Below are positions 47,544-55,303 of a stretch of DNA of 57,680 nt, one piece after another. Positions within the stretch are counted from its first letter, which is position 1; each line of letters opens with the position of its first letter. The position numbers and the translations under genes are program-made. The notes beneath the pieces are model-generated. The model saw only the letters and a list, made by a program, of their open reading frames with translations, ran no database searches and was not told where the DNA came from. The DNA is from a virus (taxonomy: Duplodnaviria > Caudoviricetes). The stretch is from positions 1-57,680 of IMG/VR virus record IMGVR_UViG_3300044859_001932; one strand, given 5' to 3'.

Positions 47544-47846
47544 TTAGCTTAAAAGCATATCGTTTCCTTTATCCTTTGGCTTTCTTTCTTTCTTAATTGA
47601 AATTTCTTTTTTAACTGGCTTAGCTTTAGGCTTCTTTACCGCTTTTGGTTTCACCTGTTTTTCTTTAGTTTCGGATTTTTTCAATTTCTGTGTAGGTAAA
47701 GGTTCTTCCAATATAACGTGGGATTCTTTCTCGGTAACCTCTGATACTGTTACTTCTGGTTCTGTTAATTCTTTTTTTCTGTTAAATAATAAATATCCAA
47801 TATAGGAAACTGCCAATAGGATTAATAAGACGATTAAGGTTTGCAT
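47544..47846 (-). CDS. N-terminally membrane-anchored Lys-rich protein
   Basis: TM helix then K/P/E-rich tail. Confidence 0.7.
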   Translation of the reverse strand: MQTLIVLLILLAVSYIGYLLFNRKKELTEPEVTVSEVTEKESHVILEEPLPTQKLKKSETKEKQVKPKAVKKPKAKPVKKEISIKKERKPKDKGNDMLLS

Positions 47847-47933
47847 AAATTTAGTTTTTTAATTTGGTTATTATATATCGATTACGCTGATTTGTTTCAA
47901 AAATTATTCTTCCGATTGAAGTAATTTTATGCT

Positions 47934-48776
47934 TTAATTCAACCTGTTTAAATTAACGTGGGTCCAGGTATCACCCCGATTTATTCTTCTAATTGTTGTT
48001 ATTGATGTTTGAAAAATTTTAGCTATTTCGGATACCCTGATATTACAAGATAACATATTTTTTATTTCAATAACTTGAGATTCTATCAATTTAACAGTAG
48101 ATCCAGCTGAATCTGGGAATCTTCCCCCTTCCCATCCTAAATCTATATACTTTTCATATTCAGATGAATCTATTTTTATACATTCCATAGTTTCTATATT
48201 CTTTATCCATTTCTTCCCGAATTGGGAATTTTTATTACCTACTCCATTCAATTTCTTTGATTCCCTCATCTTTAAAATAGTTTCATGTGTATGTGTTTTA
48301 TCTTTAAAAAAACCCATTTTAAGAACTCCGGATTCTTGCAATTCTTTGCATCTAGCAACTCCCTTTTCTCTACATTTTTTCGTGTTATCGATAAAATTAT
48401 CTCTATACTCTTTATCTTTCAGTTTTTCCTGGAATGCTTTATTTCCAGCTTCGCAAAAATCCTTTAGATGCTTTTCGTTTATTATTCCCCCGCCTCCCCC
48501 TGGTTGTATATTCATACACATAGGGTCGTTAATTAATTCCTCATTAACCAATTGGATTTCTCTATTTCTTAAATCCTCTCTAGTTTCAAGGAATTCCAAA
48601 ATATTCTTTCTGTGTGCATCTTTACCGTGCTTCTTAACAGAATTTTTGATTCTTTTTCCGCCACCCATATAACCGTCATTCAGATTATCTGTTGAGTGCA
48701 TTCCAATATAATATCTTTGATTTTTAATACACGTAATCATGTAGATGTAGTGATATTTGTGGGTTTCCCTTGCCAT
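47934..48776 (-). CDS. free-standing GIY-YIG (Seg-like) homing endonuclease
   Basis: YIYMITC...YYIGMHST...DGYMGGG; NUMOD3-like KTHTHETILKMRES; C-terminal HTH. Confidence 0.88.
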   Translation of the reverse strand: MARETHKYHYIYMITCIKNQRYYIGMHSTDNLNDGYMGGGKRIKNSVKKHGKDAHRKNILEFLETREDLRNREIQLVNEELINDPMCMNIQPGGGGGIINEKHLKDFCEAGNKAFQEKLKDKEYRDNFIDNTKKCREKGVARCKELQESGVLKMGFFKDKTHTHETILKMRESKKLNGVGNKNSQFGKKWIKNIETMECIKIDSSEYEKYIDLGWEGGRFPDSAGSTVKLIESQVIEIKNMLSCNIRVSEIAKIFQTSITTIRRINRGDTWTHVNLNRLN

Positions 48777-48777
48777 A

Positions 48778-48821
48778 TTCGTAACCTTTATTTAGACTAT
48801 ATATCTAAACAAAGGTACGAA
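48778..48821. promoter_or_regulatory. hairpin enclosing a GATATATA motif and covering the endonuclease initiation region
   Basis: TTCGTAACCTTTATTTAGA-ctatata-TCTAAACAAAGGTACGAA directly upstream of ATG 48776. Confidence 0.7.
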
Positions 48822-48831
48822 ATGGGGGCGG

Positions 48832-49295
48832 TGGATCCGCAGGGAGTCGAACCCTGGTCTCCTTCAGTTAACTCAAAGAATTCATTCACAGGCTTAGAAA
48901 GTTTTTTATAAACTTACAAACTAATCGGGTTTATGACACCAGCAAACATTTTGCTGTCTTTTAGTGACTTACAGCGTCAGTCAGAGAACTTACGTTAACA
49001 GCGATCTTAAGGGTATTGATGTTATCTCAGGGTTACTGATCATAAGCTCTACTTTTTTTGGTACTGTTAACCCTTTTTCCCAACGTCACATTTTTTTAAA
49101 CGGAGTAAGTGAGACTCCGGAGGTTATGCAGCGTAAGCGTACTCAACCTCAGTTACAGGAGTACCAAACGAGTTGATAGCGTCCCAAACTGATTTTTTGC
49201 CATTTATAGCTTTATATAGGTTATTAAAGTGTTTCCAATACTAACACTGCCTGCATTCAAAGAACTACGCCTGCGGATCAATTCCGGTCGGACCC
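48832..49295 (-). ncRNA. ssrA: tmRNA
   Basis: 5' GGGTCCG pairs with 3' CGGATCC-A with a G3:U wobble; T-arm CAGGG-TTCGACT-CCCTG; internal tag ORF 49201-49124 ending YAYAA*. Confidence 0.92.
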
Positions 49296-49350
49296 ATTTA
49301 TTATGTATCTATAGATTAAGCTGGATTATTTGTTTCGGTGACATATCACT

Positions 49351-50163
49351 CTATAAATAACCCTTTATATTATTGTACGTAGCCAACGCCTTATACTTTC
49401 TCACATCTTCTGGTGGTAGATTAGTCATTTGTTTATACATTAACCCCCTATCCTCATGCACCATCTCCGGCCAGTGTTCTTCTAGAGCCTGCTGATAACC
49501 TATTCCGCTTTTCATTAGCGCAAAGATGGCGTCTAAAGTTGTTTCAGAGACTGGATTGTCATAACAATAGAAACCCCCGTCAACACTCTTAGGTGCTCCC
49601 TCCAGTGAGGTGAGCTGATTACCATCACACCAGAAATCCCCAACAACGCTCTGAGGTGCTCCCTCCAGTGAGGTGAGCTGATTGCCATCACACCAGAAAT
49701 TCCCACCAACGCTCTGAGGTGCTCCCTCCAGTGAGGTGAGCTGATTGTTACGACACCAGAAATCCCCACCAACGCTCTGAGGTGCTCCCACCAGTGAGGT
49801 GAGCTGATTACCATCACACGAGAAACCCCGGCCAACGGTCTGAGGTGCTCCCACCAGTGTGGTGAGTCGATTACCACTACACCAGAAATTCCCAACAACG
49901 CTCTGAGGTGCTCCCTCCAGTGTGGTGAGCTGATTGTTACGACACCAGAAACCCCCACTCACGTCTCCGAACTTAACACCTTTAAAATCTGTCAGACCCT
50001 GGTCGCTACAATCGAAATTCCCATCCACATCAACAAAACCTGTAGATGAATTAAGCTTCCAGCTCCCATCTGCACATTCATCCAGCCAGCTGATCTGATC
50101 TTCAGTGAACACAGTTTTAATAGGTTCAGATTCAAATATTTGATACTCCCTAATGTACTTCAT
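49351..50163 (-). CDS. 22-aa leucine-rich-repeat-like protein
   Basis: About 6 repeats of GxFWCxxNQLTSLEGAPQSV; start corrected to MKYIREYQIFES. Confidence 0.85.
   Translation of the reverse strand: MKYIREYQIFESEPIKTVFTEDQISWLDECADGSWKLNSSTGFVDVDGNFDCSDQGLTDFKGVKFGDVSGGFWCRNNQLTTLEGAPQSVVGNFWCSGNRLTTLVGAPQTVGRGFSCDGNQLTSLVGAPQSVGGDFWCRNNQLTSLEGAPQSVGGNFWCDGNQLTSLEGAPQSVVGDFWCDGNQLTSLEGAPKSVDGGFYCYDNPVSETTLDAIFALMKSGIGYQQALEEHWPEMVHEDRGLMYKQMTNLPPEDVRKYKALATYNNIKGYL
49565..49960. repeat. 66-bp coding tandem repeat (about 6 copies, GC-rich relative to window)
   Basis: Unit GAGGTGCTCCCTCCAGTGAGGTGAGCTGATT...CACCAGAAA...CAACGCTCT. Confidence 0.9.
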
Positions 50164-50338
50164 GCTTTTATATATTCGCAAAAACAAATTAATCAGATCT
50201 TCTTTCAAAATATTTATAGTGTTCTTTAGTCGTTTCTGTACACTTATCTTATAAGCTCATCAACATTTCTATATAATGCGAGCTAAAACTATGATCTATT
50301 AGATCAGCATTCGTATAATTTAGCGGATGCTCAATCTT

Positions 50339-51256
50339 TTATTTTGATCCGTATAATTCTCTGTTCTTAATGACACATTCTATTATATGATCCTTCAGAT
50401 TTAATCTCGATGATATCAGATTAGCAAACAACGACTGTTCTTCCTCTTCTATGTTAAATATTCTTTTCTTAAACCCCCATACATGGAGAAATCCCCTTTC
50501 GCTAATTTCATCTATATCGGAATCCTCAAAATAGCATTTGGTTTTTCTTAGCTTATCCTCAGGCTGATATATTCCACTTATGAGCGAAGCAACTTTAAGC
50601 TCTTTCTCTTTAGCGAACTCGTATAGAAATCTTTGCTCGGGTAGCAATATGTAACCCAATTCAAATGCTGGATTTATTTTGTCCGTGCCGTGAATAAAAT
50701 TCAAGGCCTCTGTAGCATATTCTTTTGCGATTTGGATGTCTCTAAAGTAAAGTAAACTGGTGTTATAAGCTCTTTTATCCCATCTAAATCCATATCTGCT
50801 TGTAAAGTAACCCTTTGTGTCCACTAATTCAGGATCCGGATAATGAACAAGATCGTGATCTAGTATTGCTTCTGCATGCGCACAGAATACGTCACAATCG
50901 GAAAAATCAATCTCAAATCTAACTTCGGCGTCAAGATCAATCATTAAAAATTTTTCTTCCATATCATTTATAGCCATAAATTTCCCTGCTGACCAAAATA
51001 TGGATGGATCAAATTCTGGATTGGTTGGTAAGATGGGTCTTATCTCATCGAAGCATTTATCTAATCCAACCTCCTTGTAATACTCGTGGATTTCTGGGTC
51101 GCAATATAAAATGGGACTTAGGCTATTGTACTCCTTGCAAAAATTCGTTGATCTCACAATCATAGCAATCTCCCAAGGCTTTTTGAACTTGCTAATCGCT
51201 CCTCTTTTTTTTCTTGGCATAAACCAATCAACATATATTGATTTAGTTGGTCTCAT
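50339..51256 (-). CDS. nucleotide-diphospho-sugar transferase-like protein
   Basis: FWSAGK, MIDLD, YNTSL, EQ, FLHVWG. Confidence 0.6.
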   Translation of the reverse strand: MRPTKSIYVDWFMPRKKRGAISKFKKPWEIAMIVRSTNFCKEYNSLSPILYCDPEIHEYYKEVGLDKCFDEIRPILPTNPEFDPSIFWSAGKFMAINDMEEKFLMIDLDAEVRFEIDFSDCDVFCAHAEAILDHDLVHYPDPELVDTKGYFTSRYGFRWDKRAYNTSLLYFRDIQIAKEYATEALNFIHGTDKINPAFELGYILLPEQRFLYEFAKEKELKVASLISGIYQPEDKLRKTKCYFEDSDIDEISERGFLHVWGFKKRIFNIEEEEQSLFANLISSRLNLKDHIIECVIKNRELYGSK

Positions 51257-51344
51257 TAATTAAAATTATCTGTTACTTTTCTTCCTCAAGTAGCCAAAAT
51301 GCAATAACGAAAAGGCAGGCTAACAATAAAACTTCCACCATAAT

Positions 51345-51866
51345 TTATCTTACTTTATAATTGTAAACATCCAAAGCATACTGATTCACCATCGGTCTTC
51401 CTGTATTATAAGCACCAAATACTAATTTCCAATCACCATAGTTTTTATATAGGTGTTTCAGTAATTTCATACTAGTTTCAATATTAAACCTTATGTCGGT
51501 TTTAAGATTGTTTTTATTGATAACCTTATCTTTCCACATCATTCTAGCAGTTGCAGGCATTATTTGCATTGGACCTACTGCTCCGACACAGCTTTCTTGG
51601 CTCGGATTGTATTTCCATTGAAATGGTCCTTCGTATCTCGTTTCTTTCCATGCTACACCAAAAGCGTAGTTTCTTGGTATTCCGTATTGTTCGGAATATT
51701 TTTCAATGTAATAATACATTTGAAGGCAAGGAGGGGATTGAGAATTTATAGGATTCCCCTTTACTGCTATCTCTGCTTCGTTCTCTATCTCTTTTGTTTC
51801 AAAGTAAAAGAACGTAAGTATTGACAGCATAATTGCACCCAAGAGTGTGTATATCCACCTTAACAT
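51345..51866 (-). CDS. lytic transglycosylase (SLT domain), N-terminal TM
   Basis: KET, GAVGPMQIMPATA, AYNTG. Confidence 0.9.
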   Translation of the reverse strand: MLRWIYTLLGAIMLSILTFFYFETKEIENEAEIAVKGNPINSQSPPCLQMYYYIEKYSEQYGIPRNYAFGVAWKETRYEGPFQWKYNPSQESCVGAVGPMQIMPATARMMWKDKVINKNNLKTDIRFNIETSMKLLKHLYKNYGDWKLVFGAYNTGRPMVNQYALDVYNYKVR

Positions 51867-52192
51867 TATTTACCTTTTTGATCATTATAGATCTGATTAG
51901 CACGTTGTGTGAAGATGATGTCCATTATATCTTTACTGTATAGCTGGTAAGAACCTGATTTAATGTCCATCAACATTAATTCATTATCATTAACATATAC
52001 CTTAGTCTCCTTAGCAGTTTTTGGAGTCTGCATCTTATGAGTTTTTAGAGTCATCTCGTATCTGTGATAGATCTCTGATGTTGCATAACCTGAAGCCATC
52101 GCGGTAAAGATAACAGCTACTCTACCTAAATTGTTAAAGAATTTTTTTAAATGCTCAGTAAAGGTCTTGAAGTTAAAATTTTGCTTTTCCAT
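51866..52192 (-). CDS. membrane-associated hypothetical protein
   Basis: TAATG-coupled to the SLT gene. Confidence 0.7.
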   Translation of the reverse strand: MEKQNFNFKTFTEHLKKFFNNLGRVAVIFTAMASGYATSEIYHRYEMTLKTHKMQTPKTAKETKVYVNDNELMLMDIKSGSYQLYSKDIMDIIFTQRANQIYNDQKGK

Positions 52193-52212
52193 ATTTTTTT
52201 TAAAGATTTAAG

Positions 52213-52244
52213 CAAATATAAGACCAGTACTCGGGATAAAAAAA
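52213..52244 (-). promoter_or_regulatory. Bacteroidota-type promoter
   Basis: TTTTTTTATCCCG...TATATTTG. Confidence 0.7.
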
Positions 52245-52520
52245 TTTTTCAAATATTATTCATATCAAGGTATAAATCTCCAATCTCTAAGATCAATAGT
52301 GACATCTAAAAGTTCCGGCGGCAATAGCTAATTGATGTCAGCTATTTTAATATTTAGATGTGCTAGGTTAGATAGCTGTACTTTAGCCATAACGTATCCA
52401 AGCTCGGTTAAATAAATGTCAACTTTTTTCCTTGGCTATGAATCTAATAATTGTTCTATTTATGATATATTGTTGGTTTAGTATTCCAAAGTATATCGTT
52501 AGCAAATAAAAAAACTAGGT

Positions 52521-52838
52521 TTAATACTGAAATCTTTGAACCTGGTCTATACCATTGTAATTAATCTCGGGATTCGGTGCCATTATAACAGAAATACCAT
52601 CGGATAGATCATATATGCTCTCTATATAGCTTTGAACCTCATCTTTCTTAGATTTGTCTATTCCTAGCTGATTAAGTGCATCATTGGTAATCTGATCAAC
52701 CGAATCCATGAAGTTTCCGCTATCATGAAAGTTGAAGTATTTTTCATATTTTTTTAGCCAGTTCCTAATCTCTGCTTGTTGTTCAGGATTAAGATCTAAG
52801 TCTTCCATATAGTCGGAGAATTCTAGTATTTTTTTCAT
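52521..52838 (-). CDS. hypothetical protein
   Basis: MKKILEFSDYME; GATATATA upstream. Confidence 0.75.
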   Translation of the reverse strand: MKKILEFSDYMEDLDLNPEQQAEIRNWLKKYEKYFNFHDSGNFMDSVDQITNDALNQLGIDKSKKDEVQSYIESIYDLSDGISVIMAPNPEINYNGIDQVQRFQY

Positions 52839-52869
52839 ACAATATATATATCATCTAAATTATATTCAA

Positions 52870-53187
52870 ATGCAAGAAGAACAACAATTATCAGGAGACG
52901 AGATATCTACAGATGCGTTTCGATTAAATCAAGAAATAGGGAGAGAAGAAGGACAAGGGTCTTGGGACCAGTTTGAAATTGAATCTGAAAATGATTCTAA
53001 TACTGAAATCGAGGCCGGAGAAGAAACTGACACTGAAAAAACTACCGATGTTCAGGACACACCAGAAGAACCCGCTACTGTGGGGATCAATGAGCCTGAG
53101 GAAGAGGAAGAGACCGAGCAAAAAAATACCCTGCAAGGCGAACCAAACAGAGTATTATCTTTTAAAGACTTCTTTAATCAGAATTAA
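52870..53187 (+). CDS. acidic low-complexity hypothetical protein
   Basis: 105 aa, E/T-rich, ends RVLSFKDFFNQN. Confidence 0.7.
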   Translation: MQEEQQLSGDEISTDAFRLNQEIGREEGQGSWDQFEIESENDSNTEIEAGEETDTEKTTDVQDTPEEPATVGINEPEEEEETEQKNTLQGEPNRVLSFKDFFNQN

Positions 53188-53366
53188 TCTTCTGAAGTAG
53201 TTTTACCTAAATCTCTTCTAATTAGTTTTCTAACATAGTGAGATATGGATACTGGTACATCACCTTTAGCCAATGCATTTTTTGCGATTTTTCTACTAAG
53301 ATCGGTTAAATCCTCTTCAGATAGAAGTACCTGTATTTTTTCTGTTTTTTCTTGTTGACCGCTCAT
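53184..53366 (-). CDS. ribbon-helix-helix-like small protein
   Basis: KIQVLLSEE...SISHYVRKLI pattern. Confidence 0.6.
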   Translation of the reverse strand: MSGQQEKTEKIQVLLSEEDLTDLSRKIAKNALAKGDVPVSISHYVRKLIRRDLGKTTSED

Positions 53367-53376
53367 ATTGTTTTAT

Positions 53377-54831
53377 TTATTTTTCAAAGTATATACCTGA
53401 ATGTGGTTTACCTTTTGCTTTACCTGGACTATATTTATCTTCAGGCTCTTCGGTAACCACAAATGCCTTATTAGGGTTTACTATTAACCCCATTCTTCTC
53501 ATTAGGGCTCTATTTGCTAAGAATGGCGTGCTTTTATCTGTTCTTCCAACAGGGGAAACCTTAACATTAGGTATTAGGCTTCCGTTAAATTCAAGGTTAA
53601 TTTCTATAATAGGTCTAGTGTGTGTATCCCTTCCGATTTCAGCATCGGAATATCCGACAATATCATTAACAAACTTCTTATCACCAACAGTCCAAAGAAG
53701 CTTTTTACCATTCTCTTCAATTTCGTCTGCATGAAGTGTGCAGGATTTTGCTCCATTACCAGTGTCGAATTTAGCTATCATATTGCCAATTCCTGGTATA
53801 TATATTTGCTCAAGATAACCAATTTCTAGATTAGCATAGCTCCAATTATCCTTATCCAGTATGTAATCCAGTACATCATTAACGATTGGTTTACCTATAG
53901 CCTTAGAAATACCTTCTGTCCCCGGAGATGAATTAACCTCTAGTATGTAGGGTTTCTTGGTTTTCTTATCTATCATTATATCAACTCCACACCAGTGACA
54001 TCCAACTGCGTTAGCTGCTTTGCAAGCTATTTCTACTAGATCCTCCGGAATTTCGTAATTTGATACTGATCCACCTAAAGAATAGTTAGTTCTAAAATCT
54101 TTATCTACTGCCTCTCTTTTCATCGATCCTAAGATGATACAGTTGTCAGAAGAAGGATTAATAGGATCGAATTTTTTAACTATAACCTGTATTCTAAGAT
54201 CGAAGTTTGAATCAATTTTTTCTTGTACTAATATCTCGCTGCTTTCGTCTAGTTTTCTTATAGTTTGGTATACAGATTTTAGAGATGCATAAGAATCCAC
54301 AATAGAAACGCCAATACCTTGGGTTCCTGATAGAAGTTTCATAATAATGGGGAATTTACCCCCAATTTTTTCTAAAGCTTCATCTAAGAATTCCTCATTA
54401 GGGACTAAAGCATATTTAGGAACTGGTAATCCAGCTTCCTCCATATATTGTGATGTAATGTACTTGTTCTCGCAAACCTCGATGGATTCCAGAGTATTTA
54501 CTGTAAAATATCTATCAGCTTCTAATTGGGTTAGAATCTGCTTAGTGTAAGAGTTTTCTATCACGCCTCTTCTTGGTATGATTATTGTTGAATTAGGATC
54601 AATAAGGATCCCTTCTTCCCCAGTTTTTAATAGATGTCCATTATAGACTTTTTCTATAACTACGTGGTTTACATCAACTACGTAGCATTCAACACCTCTT
54701 TTTTCACACTGTTCTGCAAAAGACTTAGAGGTCTTACTTCCCTGGGTATTCCCAGTCAGAACTATAACTTTAGTGGTTTCACCCTTTGCCTCATTTAAAA
54801 AGGTCCAAAAATCCAATACTTTACCGGCCAT
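53377..54831 (-). CDS. RimK-family ATP-grasp ligase fused to RimK-associated aspartyl-protease-like domain
   Basis: NKY, FPIIMK..GTQGIGV, QEKI, DLR, FRTNYSLGG, GVD, EVNSSPG; C-terminal AKFDTGN...LHA...RP. Confidence 0.9.
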   Translation of the reverse strand: MAGKVLDFWTFLNEAKGETTKVIVLTGNTQGSKTSKSFAEQCEKRGVECYVVDVNHVVIEKVYNGHLLKTGEEGILIDPNSTIIIPRRGVIENSYTKQILTQLEADRYFTVNTLESIEVCENKYITSQYMEEAGLPVPKYALVPNEEFLDEALEKIGGKFPIIMKLLSGTQGIGVSIVDSYASLKSVYQTIRKLDESSEILVQEKIDSNFDLRIQVIVKKFDPINPSSDNCIILGSMKREAVDKDFRTNYSLGGSVSNYEIPEDLVEIACKAANAVGCHWCGVDIMIDKKTKKPYILEVNSSPGTEGISKAIGKPIVNDVLDYILDKDNWSYANLEIGYLEQIYIPGIGNMIAKFDTGNGAKSCTLHADEIEENGKKLLWTVGDKKFVNDIVGYSDAEIGRDTHTRPIIEINLEFNGSLIPNVKVSPVGRTDKSTPFLANRALMRRMGLIVNPNKAFVVTEEPEDKYSPGKAKGKPHSGIYFEK

Positions 54832-54854
54832 TAATATTCTATTATTTTTATAAG

Positions 54855-55127
54855 CTATATATCACTTATCTGATCTCTTAAAAAGTGCTTGATCATTATT
54901 GCCTTCTTTAATTCATTCAATTCATGAACAATTTCATGTTCTTCTTCCAGATAGAATAGGTCAATCATTTGATCAAGGTTAAATAGCTTGGTTATAGACC
55001 CTATTGAATTGGTCTGGATATACCTCTTTTTGCCCTTTAGGACTAATTCGGTCTCTTCTAATATGAATCTACGATATAAATCATAGTTATCAAGTATGTT
55101 TTCCTGTGGTGCGTTTTCTTTTTCCAT
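54855..55127 (-). CDS. hypothetical protein
   Basis: 90 aa. Confidence 0.65.
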   Translation of the reverse strand: MEKENAPQENILDNYDLYRRFILEETELVLKGKKRYIQTNSIGSITKLFNLDQMIDLFYLEEEHEIVHELNELKKAIMIKHFLRDQISDI

Positions 55128-55299
55128 GGGATTTTATTTTTTCGTAAAGTGAATCTATGTAGTCCATAGATTCCTTTGATCCTATTAGTGCATCGGATTT
55201 TCCCACAACTGCATTCAAAAATTCCGCATCTGAATTATAATCCTTTCTTCTTTCCTCCAGTACTTCTATCTCCTGAATATATCTTTTGTTGAATCCCAT
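55090..55299 (-). CDS. hypothetical protein
   Basis: MGFNKRYI motif, 69 aa. Confidence 0.65.
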   Translation of the reverse strand: MGFNKRYIQEIEVLEERRKDYNSDAEFLNAVVGKSDALIGSKESMDYIDSLYEKIKSHGKRKRTTGKHT

Positions 55300-55303
55300 A
55301 TTA

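Noticed and set aside
48829-48870. Stand-alone tRNA gene
   Set aside because: Only a T-arm and acceptor 3' strand are present; the matching 5' strand is about 460 nt away with a tag ORF between, i.e. tmRNA.
49565-49960. Possible CRISPR array or DGR template/variable repeat
   Set aside because: Units are contiguous 66-bp in-frame coding repeats without unique spacers; no cas or reverse transcriptase gene in the window.
772-54550. Numerous short ORF-track entries antisense to or nested in long genes (e.g. 11797-12087, 13969-14376, 16715-17026, 48964-49176, 49533-49958)
   Set aside because: Shadow frames of confidently assigned genes or of the tmRNA, with no recognisable motifs.
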